A DNA stretch of 64,000 nucleotides, taken from contig NC_092672.1 of the NCBI RefSeq assembly GCF_964355755.1, positions 27,472,437-27,536,436 of the forward strand, written 5' to 3'. This DNA comes from Antedon mediterranea. Taxonomy: Eukaryota; Animalia; Echinodermata. Below the pieces are notes generated by a model, which saw only the letters and a list, made by a program, of their open reading frames with translations, had not been told where the DNA came from and did not search any database. Numbering within the stretch: the stretch's first letter is position 1; every line of letters begins with the position of its first letter. The position numbers were made by a program, and so were the translations under genes. Positions 11,644-24,786 of the stretch are shown piece by piece.

Positions 11644-14600
11644 ATGTCGACATTAAAGACCCGTTTTATTCAAGTAACACCAGTAAGTTATTCTTGAATA
11701 TCATTTCCAACAAACTGTATAGTTTGATTTTATTTTATTTCAGATTTAGGTGAAAATACAGTGATTTAAAAAAATTATATTTGGCGCTCATCGGGGACGG
11801 CATAGAAAAATAAGGTCCGGGCACAATGTGTGATTTAGGTTACTGGGTATCACATCTGTCAAAACTCGGAGGGAAATACAGTATTTAAAAGTTTACCACA
11901 TAGGCCTACTATTTAGTATAATGCTTTAGCTATAACTTTAAACACGGGGAAAATACAGATGTTGCTTTATCTCTCTATTGCTATATTATTTGTAGTAAAA
12001 CAAAAAAAGAAAACAATAATATTAATATTACAAAACCGTAGTACTTAACGCAAATTTGTCCTCTGCACATACCAACAGCGCAGGTTCTGTCTTGACAACA
12101 GTTACGCCCCACTGTTGTTGTGACATCATGGAGAGGGTTTTCTTCTTCACAATGTAATATTCAGTCAGCCGCCGGCCGCAGAAAAGAAAGTGGTTACGTC
12201 ATAGACACGTCGGTGGTGTGATTGGCGGTTGTGTGTGACGTGAGGTCTACTTTTAACCAATAAGCTTCTGCTGTCTGGCATCTATAATTTACATATTATT
12301 GTGGGGATCATCTCATTATTACAGCAGCAGGAAGTACGCGCGGTAGAGGAGCGCGCGAGATCGAGCTAGAGAGAGAACATAACCCAACCAACGACATTAT
12401 CCTCGCCCGGCCCTGAGACAGGCTGTAGCATAGGCGTATAATTAATAAGCCTAGCTAGGCCTAGTAATGGTTTAAGGTTAGGCCTAATGATGTATTTTTT
12501 TAAATATATTTGTGCAGATTGATAACATTGAGGAGGACATCGAATCTCAAGTATCAGAGGGTGATGATGTAGGCCTAGGCCTAGGCCTATCTCAAGAAAG
12601 CACAACTGTGCGGGATGCATGCATCCTCAAAATTGAGAATGAGACTGAGACTGTCGAGAGTGATTCCTCATCTGCAGACCAAAAAGACATAGGCCTAGAC
12701 AAGAGTCTTTTTGAAGAAGGAAAAAGTAGTAGTGAAAACAGCACCTCAAGTAGAGGCACATGGGACAATAAAACAGATTTTCTGTTGTCTTGTCTGGGGT
12801 ATGCTGTTGGGTTAGGAAATGTTTGGCGATTTCCTTACCTGTGCTATGAAAATGGTGGCGGTAAGCATCTTAATTTAATTTAATTTTTTATTTAAAAACT
12901 GTAAAGTTTATGTTTATAAACATCATTAGTATAGAGGCCGAGATAAAAAAAAAAGTGCATCCTTCACTACACTGTACCACTCCTAGGCCTAGAACAAAAA
13001 CATTAACAATAAAAAATCATCTTTTCTAAGGCCTATGCTCGCTAGAGTAGTACTATACTAGGCCGCCTATAGTATAGTACTGTACTGATTAGGTTATAAT
13101 GCAGTGTACATAAAGTAAAGCATCTGGCGGAGGCCTATTATTATACCATGTTCGCCTTAATTAAAACTTCTGAATAGGCCTAGGCCTAGGCCTATTTCAT
13201 TTCTTTTTCTAAACCAAATTATGGAATGAACTTCAACAATATAAATCTCTAAATTAGAATCTTAAAGATGTATTTTCCCTCAAAAACATGAAAAATGAAG
13301 AGTAATAAAATCAGACTTTATAGGCCATTTTGCAGTTTACAGTAATAATAAAGTTATCCACTTTAATAAAAAATTTAAATTTTTTTTTTCACAAACGGTT
13401 TTCAGTTCGGAAATTAATTATTTTGAATGGTTTAAGAAAAATTGTTTGATATTGTATTCATCTATATTGCTCTGATTTAATTATTATTATTTTATTATAT
13501 TATAATCATAATGATTAAATCATAAATGATTAAAGTAAAATGTTCAGCTTATTATTGCACACTAAACAGACTGTATATGAGAATATGTATATAAAATCAT
13601 GTATCATTTTAGGTGCATTCCTTATACCTTATGCAACCATGCTGTTGTTAGCTGGACTTCCCATGTTCTTCATGGAGCTTTGCCTTGGACAGTACTCCAG
13701 CAGTGGACCAGCAACTGTCTGGAGGATTTCACCAATGTTTAGAGGTAAATCCAAAATGCTAAATAATGAATAAAGATAACACTACATTTTAATTTAACAG
13801 ACACATTTATGTTAAAGATTTAACTACAGCAACAAAATGAACAAAACTGGTTTCAATTTGTTTTGAATACTACAATAGTAACCGACCACAAATTTATACT
13901 ACACTAAATAATAAATTTTGAAGTTTAACTTAGATAATAAATAGTATTATGATAGAACCTCTATTAAGGGGACACCTTTGGGACCAAAAAAGTGTCCCCT
14001 TATAATATACAGTATTATATTTCCATTGTTCATGTCATGGGAAAGTGTCTCCTTAATAGGGATGTCCTCTAAATAGGGTGTTCCACTAATTGTTTCACTT
14101 TTATCGTTTCACATTGTTAGATTAAAATAATGTATTGTTACTGCATCATGATGGGAAAATTTAAAATCTGTTTATACGTTTTTGCAGTTGTGTATCAAAT
14201 GTTTTGGTCGCCCTTTCATGACATGTTTTTTTTCTTTATAAATGTGTTTTGTTAATTCTTTATTCACTTGGAATTTGTAAGACAACTCCAGAAATCTTAG
14301 GCTTTGGTCTTTGTTTCCTATTCCTTCCTGACTGAGGAATCATTGTTTTCAAACTTAGTTTTGTTGTCGTTATGTATAGGAATGGGTTACGGAATGGTGC
14401 TGATTTCAGCTTTTATCGGCCTTTACTACAATGTGATCATAACATACATATTGTATTACATGTTTGCTTCATTCACTAACAAACTGCCCTGGATCGGATG
14501 TAACAACCCTTGGAACACGGACATGTGTAACGGCATCTACGACGAGTGTCTGCGCACTGGTAACAAGATCATGACGGTGAACAACACATGCGTTGGTGTC

Positions 14601-17600
14601 GACTCCCTTTCAGAAGAACAACTTGACTTTTACAATATTGGACTCAACACACTAGGAGAAATAGATCTAAGTAACTACATCGATCCATTGAAGTCAAAAC
14701 GGAAACTTCCCAGCGAAGAGTATTTCAAGTAATTTTATAGTTTTATTTTATACAGAGTTGAAAATTGATATGTGATTAGATTACTGTTTCGTCAATGATG
14801 CCACAGAATAACTCTAAACATGTACTTTTACAGAAAAAAAAATGTAAATAAAATATGATGGCTAGGTAATAGATCAACTATGTTCATATTGTACTTACGA
14901 ACATTAGCCATTAACATCAACTTTGATGAATTGAAACAGGGATCAGCTCAGAAGTTTGTAAATGCCAAATGGTTGCAAAAACTATTTTTTATTTTAGGAA
15001 TGCTGTCCTGCATGAGGCATCTGGGATTGGTGAATTGGGCACTGTTGTTTGGCCATTACTAAGCTGTCTTGTCTTTGCTTGGATCATCATCTATTTCTGT
15101 CTTCAAAAAGGCATTAAATCTTCAGGAAAAGTAAGCAATGCAATATATTTCAATTTATATCAAAGAAGATCTTTAAATTAATCTCTCAATAAAAACAATA
15201 TGCCCATGCTAATTTTAATTGAAGTTGGTTTAAGATTTTAAGTACTAAGAGACGTTTACTATATAACTTCAAAATAAAATGTAATGACAAAAACAGATTG
15301 ACATTTCTGAACCATGGTGGTTATGATGCTTGGCTACCACTTCAAGGTTCAAGCCTGTCACATGTCAGGATTTTTTCTAAGGACAAAATTACAACTCCAC
15401 TCCCAAAGACTTTGTTTATGTAGAGCATCTTGTGTATATGTTTGTCTTGTGGATCTCTGAGGGTCCCTAATGATCAACAATTGCTGGATGGATCACCCTG
15501 AATAAATATGGTCCAAAAAAAAAATCATGGAACGTCCATTCTCAAGAACAAATAAGTCACATTAACAACTAAACAAAGTACGAACACCAAAGGATGACAG
15601 GAAATAATTAACAATTAGTTACAAAGACTGAAAAATCTAAAATGATAGGCTTCTCTTGTTAATTATTAAACAATTTGGCTGAGTCATTTTGTTTTTTCTT
15701 AAAACAGGCACTTTTTTTTAATTTAAGATTTGACAATGAGATTTCTATAGGTGTGACTTGGTATAAATTGTATGTTTAGCTAATCAGTTTATTCACTAGT
15801 GGTAGTAGCAACAACTGAAATATGTACTGTATTCAATTTTATAGTATAGCTACCAATAAATTGTTAATGTTTGAATGTCTTGTTTTATATAGGTGGTATA
15901 CTTCACAGCCACATTATGTTTGAATGTCTTGTTTTATATAGGTGGTATACTTCACAGCCACATTATGTTTGAATGTCTTGTTTTATATAGGTGGTATACT
16001 TCACAGCTACATTATGTTTAAATGTCTTGTTTTATATAGGTGGTATACTTCACAGCAACATTCCCATACATTGTATTGGTACTTTTCTTGATACTTGGAC
16101 TGACATTGGAAGGTAGTTACAACGGCATTAAGTTCTTCCTAACCCCACGCTGGGAAATCCTCTATGAACCAAAAGTATGTTTTTTTTTAATTTCTATATT
16201 AGTAATATTATTATTATTATTGTTTGTGTATCATTTGTCATGTGTATGCAGATCCATCCCATCCCCTCAATTCTGTAAAAGTCTCCAGATGTATTGAATG
16301 GAGCGGTAGACTCCGGTCATCCGGTACGAACGGCTATAGAAATTTGTTTATCTCTAATGGGATATGATGTAATGACAATTTTCAGAGATAATCTGTTTGA
16401 TATATTTAATTAGATAGTTGTTTTTAATATCATCATTATTGTATTCTTGAACTTCGAACAATGTAAAATTTCCTGTGAAGGAGGAAATAAAGTTTATCTG
16501 TATCTGTATGTGGTAAATTGGGTAAAGTTTTTATGAAATTCAAGTAAAAAATCTTTATTATGTTTTCAACAATAGGTATAGAACCAAAATTGCTTACTGG
16601 TTATGTGACAGAGAAATGGATATCAAATACAAACATATAAAAAGCTTTTAGGCTTATGTATTAGTTATCTGATTATAACTATAGGTATCCCAATGTAAAA
16701 ATTTAAATTAATGATGGTATTTTTTCTTTTTTCAGTTAATCAAAAGGAACTTACTGACTGAACCTAAACTTTTTCAATTTAAATGATTGAAATCGGATTA
16801 TCCATTCAAAAGTTATGGTCCGTTAAAGTTGCCAAAAAAAAAGAAAAAAAAGTTCTTATTTTTGCCAATAGATACCAGAATCAGCATGAAGCCATGGTGC
16901 CCGACCCTCAGATTTAAATATGGCGTTTGACAACACACAAAAATAATAATCACTACATCATTATTTTTTTAGGTATGGCTGGACGCAGCAGTTCAGATTT
17001 TCTTCTCCCTTAGTACATCATGGGGTGGATTACTGACATTGTCCTCATACAATAGGTTCCACAACAACTGCTACTTGTGAGTGAATGAAATATATTATTT
17101 ATAATTAAAACATTTTCTGAATTTGAAAAAAAATGAAATATTATTTGACTGTATGATTGGAACCAATCTGAATTCGGAAAAAAAAATGCTATTAAACTTT
17201 GAATATTTTATTGCCAGAGACCAATGCTTGTCATTGTCTGGACTTAGAAACCATCAAATCTGTGTCTACGTGGGAAGCCAATAAATATGTCCCAATATCC
17301 TTGCATGCATACAATAGATTAACATTAAGTTTGATCATCGGCGCCGGAAATTAAAAGTGTTTTTCACCATGCAAACCTTTTAATGCATAATAAAATTATA
17401 TAAAATAATGTTTGTTTAGCATTTTCCCAGCCATGACAGTAATAAATATGATTACCTTTACAGTGATGCCATATTCATAGCCCTAGCCAATTGTATGACC
17501 AGTGTATTCGCTGGAGTTGTAATCTTTTCCATCCTTGGCTTTATGGCAAATGAACTTGGACGAGAAGTCAGCGAAGTTGTAGACCAAGGTATGAAAATTT

Positions 17601-20600
17601 GTAGGCTATAAATTTGTAAAACACTCATAATTAATGGGATCACTTGGGGTGGTCAAGAAAGAAGGAGCATTTACAAAATCAATCGATTTTAAAGCGCGAT
17701 TCCAATGATCATTGCTCTTGGCGTTGTAAAAAAGAAAATCATAGTGACTTGAAACTGTCCAATGATGACGAGTTTCTAATGTGTAAAGGTAGATTGTTCC
17801 TGATGACCAAAATGTATATGGTCATTTTGTTGTTTATAACAAACATTTCAAACAATATGTAACTACTAAATTATTATTTTTTTTTTGTAAGGCTTTGGTC
17901 TAGCTTTCATTGCCTACCCAGAAGCCCTTGCTAGGCTGCCTGCAGCACCAGTCTGGTCAGTCCTGTTTTTCTTTATGCTGCTCACCTTAGGCCTGGACAC
18001 CCAGGTAGAGTTTATTCATTGTAGTTTGTGCTTAGGGAGACCTTTGGTTTAAGAGAGATCCATTAGTCTATGAATGGGTTTTCCACAGTGCTCCTTTTTT
18101 TCACTAAAAGAAATAAAATAAAACAAATATTGTATGTATATAAAGATAATATTGTACTCTATCATTTTGAAACAATTATTTCTTGGTGAATATGATTATA
18201 AAATTTTAACAACATACTATTAAACAATATAGTTATTCACTTTGACCAAAAGTATTTGAAACATGATTCAAAGAAAAGAACAAGTCAACTGAAGCCCATT
18301 CTATTGGTTATAGGCCCAACATTTATTTTATCAAGTTTTTGGTTTAAATTAAATTATATTTTTAATTGTTATTAATCACTTCTTTAAAAAAAAAAATAAT
18401 TAAATTGTTGATTTAGTCATCTTTGCTTTTCATGTTTTGGGGGACAAAACTCATCCTTAGTGTAATATTCTGTTTTATTTGGTATGTCAGCAATGATTTC
18501 ACTAACAATGATTTTTTATTTAAGTTCACCATAATGGAGACTGTTATGACATTCATCACAGATTTCTTTCCAAACCTAAGAAGGAACAAACCAAAGGTTC
18601 TCTTAGCCAGCTGTACCATGATGTGCCTCGCCTCTCTCATCTGTGTTACTGAGGTATGTTTACTTTTTACAAATGGGGGGGGGGGGGGGAGTGTTAACAT
18701 TATATTACTAACAGTAACACACAGTTTGTCAAAAATATATATCAAAAATTCAAGTTCTTTTTTTTCATTTTAAATGTCATGCTCCAAGCGCAACCCAAAT
18801 AGACCTTTAGTTAATCAAAGGGGGGCTAGTAGTAGTGCCTACAAATTGTACCTTTAGCGGTAGACAGGAGATTGCTTGAAATATCGGGATATCTTATGAT
18901 TAGCAGGAGACTTAGACAGGAGGTCTGTCACTGAAAGAATTTCTCTTCACAGGCCGGAGTATACTGGGTGAGTCTATTAGACTCGTACTCAGCTAGCTTT
19001 GTCATGCTGACCTTTGCCACTATGGAATGCATAATTGTAAGCTGGGTGTATGGCTATGACAGATTCAAGGAAGACATCTCCATCATGATTGGTTCTGCAA
19101 GAGTTAACAACAAACTCTTCAATTATTGGCGTGTCTGTTGGTGCTTTATCACACCAGCTCTGCTTAGTGTGAGTAAACATTAATTAACTATCTGCAATTA
19201 ACAATAAGTTTAATCAGAATTGACAGAGAATGTAGTAAAGAAACTTATTTATCTATCTAAAAAACTTTCTTGCTAAAATGACTCATGTACGTGGATATTA
19301 TTCAGTAGGGAGCATGACAAACTGCCATATCTGAGTAGCCAATTTCTGCAGATTTATTTGGTAATCTTTCCCTTTTTATCGGGTTATGGCAGAAATCATA
19401 ATAATGCATTGGTTTAATTATTTTCAAAATAGCTGACCTTTACCTAAATAATACTGAACCTAACCCTCTATTAATACAACTATTTAAAAAACACAGATGA
19501 TGTTGATGGCATTGAACCCAGGGCTCCAGTTCCTTAAACTGAAGCCTACACCACATTTGTCTTGGTGAAACTTTTTGACACAAACTATTTGATTATATCC
19601 ATGCTGAGCACTCTCTATAATGTCATAATTGATGTCATAATTAATATCATGAATTATTTATGTTTTCTGGCATAACCTGATATAAGAAAAAATAATGCTG
19701 GGCATGCAGGCAATACAACTATCCGGCAATTCCATGCACCACCATTATCGACTTACTGTTTCTATGATTGCGTCACTACAGTCGACTATCTAGCTGTCTT
19801 ATTAAGTCTATGAGATATATGTTTATATTACAGTTTGTACAAGTGTACAGCTTTGTCAACTGGAGTGCGCCATCTTACAACGGAGGCTTCCCAACCTGGG
19901 CACATACAATTGGATGGCTCATTACAGGCTCCACCATAATTCTGGTTCCAGTCTTCATCGTTGTAGAGCTGCGTAATGCATCAGGCACATTCCTTCAAGT
20001 AAGTAAAAAAAATGAGTTACGGTAGGTGTCAAATCAAATATCATTTCATCTTTATGTAGCTTGCCCAGGTAAATGTGTTCATCAGCTGATTTTTTTCTCA
20101 TGACAAAAAATAACTCCACTCCAAAAAGGCTTGTAATATAAAGATCTATCTACACTTTATCAAACTTTATGTGACAACAAAATGTGATGTGTTCAAACAT
20201 GGACACATGTCATATTACTACTATATTTGGGCATATCACACATTATTTGTCAAACTAGTTTGATGACAGAGCCGTAGATGTTTTGTAGAGCATCTTGTGT
20301 ATATGTTTGTGAACAGGGTTGCAGAATTTGCTTATGGTTATACTGTACTCTTGGTAATTTGCCTAAACACAAGATAGATTTATTTTAGAATTTCACTTAA
20401 ATATTTAAAAAAATGTACACAAAATAGCATCATAGATTGATGAAATACATCTCTGAGAAGATTGAAAATGTTCATCTGGTTTGTTAGTATAAGTATATTG
20501 AAAATATTCTTTTTTTCAAACCAATAATTAGTAAAAACTTAGTTAGTTTTTACTAATTATTGGTTTGAAAAAAAGAATATTTTCAATATACATCTCTGAG

Positions 20601-20987
20601 AAGTATTAAATTAGCCTACATCTAATTTTAGGTTTTTAATTGATTAATTTCAGCGACTAAAACTCATCAGCGCTCCTGCTGCAGATTGGGGACCACTGAA
20701 GTACGAACATCGGGCCTTGGTCAGGATATCTGAAAGTTCAGTTTCTACCATATCCGATCTGGTTGAACAGGAAAAGGGTAAAAATATATTATATTATAAT
20801 TGTAATAGAGTATATGCTAGTTATCTAAATAATTATAAATATAATTCTATTTTTTATTTGATTTTTTTTTATTAAACAAATAAATATTATTATTAGTTAA
20901 TAATATAATGCAATGCTTTTTCTCTTTTGTTTAGGCAAAACGAGTGGCTCCACAGAGCCTAACAAAGCCTCACATGACCCTACTTGA
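11644..20987 (+). CDS. SLC6 Na+/Cl- dependent amino-acid transporter (GlyT2/SLC6A5-like subfamily), ~719 aa, 14 coding exons
   Basis: Phase-consistent GT-AG exons: 11644-11682, 12518-12860, 13613-13744, 14380-14728, 14998-15130, 16040-16174, 16973-17076, 17464-17588, 17892-18004, 18525-18653, 18953-19168, 19834-19998, 20654-20777, 20935-20987. Motifs [104 protein letters not shown]. The first and last exons are less certain. Confidence 0.9.
13953..14088. mobile_element. Tc1/mariner-type MITE (tagaacctctattaaggggacacc family)
   Basis: Imperfect inverted termini agaacctctattaaggggacac...gtcctctaaatagggtgttcca; related pieces near 26860-26895, 30543-30770, 34957-35000 and 37207-37287. Confidence 0.55.
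15310..15510 (+). mobile_element. Degenerate SINE-like interspersed repeat
   Basis: ggttcaagcc B-box-like motif and an aataaata tail; a second copy (aactccactcc...gtagagcatcttgtgtatatgtttgt) at about 20090-20310 is split by a MITE. Confidence 0.45.
15867..16062. repeat. 4 x 49-bp tandem repeat spanning the intron 5/exon 6 acceptor of the SLC6 gene
   Basis: Unit atgtttgaatgtcttgttttatatag|gtggtatacttcacagccacatt; exon-start positions after each AG are 15893, 15942, 15991 and 16040. Confidence 0.95.
16248..16510 (+). mobile_element. 5'-truncated LINE 3' end (L2/Rex1-like)
   Basis: Translates as ADPSHPLNS...[21 protein letters not shown], resembling the DPSHPL...SGRR...RYRNSF C-terminus of CR1-group LINE ORF2, followed by an aataaagtttatctgtatctgtat tail. 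Confidence 0.55.
20493..20591. repeat. Perfect 47-bp-arm palindrome with 5-nt spacer
   Basis: gtatattgaaaatattctttttttcaaaccaataattagtaaaaact-tagtt-agtttttactaattattggtttgaaaaaaagaatattttcaatatac; bracketed by the direct repeat atacatctctgagaag. Confidence 0.9.
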
Positions 20988-21212
20988 AGGATCATTAAGG
21001 TCCTGGCAGAGGGTGTGCATGGGACAAGCGGGGGCTTCAAAATAATGTGGTAAGAAAATATTAGGTATATTATATAAATATGAGTGTATTTTCAGTGATC
21101 CTACCTAAATTTTTTATTATTAGCATTTTGAAGAACAATCAAAGCAGAGAGCTTCACTGGAACACATTTTAGCTCAAGACATTTTCATATTGATTATTTT
21201 TTAACACATTAA

Positions 21213-24200
21213 GAGAGCCAGTCACTAAAAATCAAACATTAGGTGGCAAGGGTAAAAATTTCGAATTGGCTCATATTTTGCACATTGGTAGACCTTGATG
21301 TAAGTAAACCTGATGTGTAGATTGTTTGGTAAAATATCGCTTAGTTTTCGAGAAAATCGAAAAATAACGATTTTCAGCCAATTTTGTTAACTTTTGGTGT
21401 ATAATTTACATTAAGTTTTACAGCCTCTGGAAGCCAAACATAGCAACGTAGTGTTTTATTATTTTACACTTACGTTAACTAGCATCTTGACAATAATTTA
21501 GTAAAGTTTCAAAAAATTTGATGAAATTTTAAGATTTTGACTAATTAATTACTAATTAGCATATATAAAACTCTTAAATGTAGGGTTTTTTTTCATGTTC
21601 GACGAATTTTTATAAAATAAAAAAGTCATCAATCTAAAGTTTAGATACTAATATTTATGAATCAAGTAAACAAAATTTGGGGAAACTATTTTGCGCTCCG
21701 TGCCAGAGCCACAAAGTTGTAAGAAATTAAAAGATTTTATCTGTCGGCAAGATCAATCAGATGTATTGTTATCTATTTAGCAATCTAAGTCGCTTTAAGC
21801 CAAACTTTTATTACGAGAAACAAACTTGAAAGATAAATTTTGAATTAAGTTGCAATTTAAACACAAACTAAACATACGTTTCTGGTAAAATTTCAATTAC
21901 TAACCAATATACGAAATTAGGCAATTAACTAAAAATCACTCGCTTATTCTTTGTCAAACCACATTATTATAAATTATTTCATCCTCTCATAGTTTATAGG
22001 ATAAAACTGAAAAATAAATTTGTTTTAACTTGTTATCGTTTTCCTGTTTGTCGAACCTGGTCGAACTTACTCAACAAGAATGTTTCAAAACATTAACCAC
22101 AGTAGACAAAACACTTTACTGCGTATATTCGATAGATAACGATATCTTCATTGACGTTGACAACGGAACTGATTTGTTATCCATTTTAGTTTATGTCTTA
22201 CAATGTAAAGACGTGTTGAAAATAATTCTTATATATAATTATTGTCTGATGGCTTTAAGTTCAAACAAAATGGGTTGTCGGCGGAGCTTGTGTATTTGAT
22301 AGAAAAGACCGCAAACAGAGCACTGAAGTCCTACCTTTACAAGCATGATATGCCAGAAGGAAATCGCTGCACACAGATACATGTTTTACGGGCATCGATA
22401 GTGAGTGGTACTATTTGTGCAGCAGGGAAATGGAAAGGTGTGAGTCACATCAACAACATAAGAGTATGGAAGCAGGTCCATGAAGGTGTGGATGGCGTAT
22501 GGTATTGGTGCAGGACAAAATCTACTTTTGAGTAAATTCTGTGTGCCCTCGAAGCTACCCAATTTAATTCATAACCAAGATAAGATGATGATGATTACGA
22601 TAGTGACGAAGTCGAAGAAAATGGAGACGATTCAAAAACGGAAAAGGAAAGAGAAATTCAACTTTTGTCGCAAACCGTACTGGACACAATAGGCTTGCAG
22701 CATCCAATAATGTTTGAAATGCATAATATTTGTGAACTGAAAGCTCAAGAAAAACTCTCCAGATTCTCTTTGCCAATGTTGCAAGAAATGTGTACTTCTC
22801 TTGAACTTGATACCACAGATATAACCATAAAGCGCAAGAAGCCATACATTGATTTGCTGGGAAAGCTGGTTTCCATGTGCAGTTGCTCGATTGATTAAGG
22901 TAGCAATGAAGGTAAAACTATGTCTGTAAGAATTCTTTAAAATAACAATTTAATATGTGGGACGATTCTGTTGTCTAAATTGTTAGTATTTAAAGTTGCG
23001 TTCTGTAAATTTTTAATAAAGCGAAGGGATGAAACAATGGTTTACAACAATAATTTATTGTTTAGGCTACGAATTATTAGGAAATTTCGCACGAGCACAT
23101 GAATGTTATCGGATGTCACCATTCTACTCATTTGCATAACAGAGTTCAGTGAACATTTGCGTTAACGTACTTGCTCGTTTTGATTTCGCGCTTCGACGGG
23201 AAGTGCAGAACGCTACGCATGTGTAGCGCACGCAACATACGCCACAGGTATTAAAACAAATCATGGAATACCTTGGGTTTATAGAGACTAAGCCTAGCCA
23301 GGCATGTTTAATCATGTTTTTGTTAACGTTTTCATTTACGCTATTTTTCTCGACGCAGGTAACTAAAGTTTTTCGTAATGCTTGCGCACGCACAGCAAGT
23401 TGTTTACAAAGTGGGCGGAGCTTGGAAAATAGCGTTAACGTGCTCGTGCGAATACTACCTATATGAGAAGATAAGAACATTATGTTATATAGCCTGTTTT
23501 CCACTAGGCGAAATTATTCGCGCAAATCAAACATTTTCGCGTATACGCGCACGTCAAATGGAACACTTTGTTGATAAAAATAAACTGCGCATGCGCACGT
23601 ATAGTGCAAAAAAATAATATTATTATTATTATATTATAATAATAAGAATAAATTCACCTAGTGGAAAACATAACATGTGATGAAACGAAGCGAGTTATAA
23701 TGTTGAGCTCAGATAGTAATTGCTTAATTTCATGGGTTAGTCGTTTAAATTTGACTAGAAATTTATTTTTAGATGTTTTTATATTAAAACGTAATTCCAA
23801 ATTATTCAGGACCTTTCAGTTTACCTTTAAAGTTTGTTTCTCGTAGTAAAATTTACCTTAAATCTGTAAATAGAGAACAATAGGTACATCTGATTGATCT
23901 TGCCGACAGATAAAAATCTTTGAATTTCTTACAACTTTGTGGCTCTGGCGCGGAGCGGAAAATAGTTTCCCCAAATTGTTTTTACTTGATTCATAAATAT
24001 TAGTATCTAAAAAGTAGATTGACGATTTTTGTATTAAAAAAAAATTCGTCGCACCCTACTTTTTAAGAGTTTTATATATGCTAATTAGTAATTAATTAGT
24101 AAAAATAGTAGAATTTCATTAAATTTGTTTAAACTTAATTATTGTCAAGATGCTAGTTAACGTAAGTGTAAAATATTAAAACGCTAGGTTGCTACATTTG

Positions 24201-24397
24201 GCTTCCAGAGGCTGTTAAACTGGCCGAAAATCGTTATTTTTCGATTTTCTCGAAAACTAAGCGATATTTTACCAAACAAACTACACATCAGGTTTACTTG
24301 CATCAAGGTCTACCAATGTGCAAAATATGAGCCAATTCGAAATTTTGACCCTTGCCTCTAAATTACGAATATGTCTGATTTTTGGTGACAAGCACTC
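21213..24397 (+). mobile_element. Sola3-like DNA transposon, internally deleted, with ~700-bp TIRs
   Basis: TTAA at 21209-21212 and 24398-24401; termini 5'-GAG...CTC-3'; long inverted repeats at about 21213-21930 and 23715-24397; broken transposase-like fragments inside. Confidence 0.8.
22380..22898 (+). pseudogene. Frameshifted C-terminal remnant of the element's transposase-like ORF
   Basis: Segments in different frames: KWKGVSHINN, KVWMAYGIGAG and LQHPIMFEMHNICEL...FSLPMLQEMC...KRKKPYIDLLGKLVSMCSC. They resemble, from recall, C-termini of invertebrate transposase-derived proteins, and lie between the TIRs. Confidence 0.55.
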
Positions 24398-24786
24398 TTA
24401 AAAAGCTTGGAAAATAAGCTATTAAATAACTTAATTTAAGTTTAGAGAAAAATTGCAAAATCAGTACTGTGGTCATGTTACGAAAGTCAAGTTCTGAAAA
24501 CAATATACTATCTGATAATTAACTTAACCACATAAAACTCATAGAAAGAAGGAAGCGTTTTGCCATTTTTCCCCTGACTTTTATATTATGACTAAACATT
24601 AGTGTTGTCACCGACCAAATGTTTGTAAAGGGAATGTTTAAAAAGTAAATTAATGTTTCTCTTTGTTTACTTTCAAACAGAAATAAACATAAAAAACTGA
24701 TGAGGACAAAGGAATCAGTCCTAGTGTAAACTCTCTACATAAAATGGATCTGGACCAAGACCATGTAAAGGTCAAGACAATAGAGG

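Noticed and set aside
15867-16062. CRISPR-like array
   Set aside because: Units are contiguous with no unique spacers; this is a tandem duplication of a splice junction.
23124-23617. ORFs of 126, 67 and 79 aa inside the Sola3-like element
   Set aside because: They overlap on both strands in CpG-rich non-coding sequence and show no recognisable motif.
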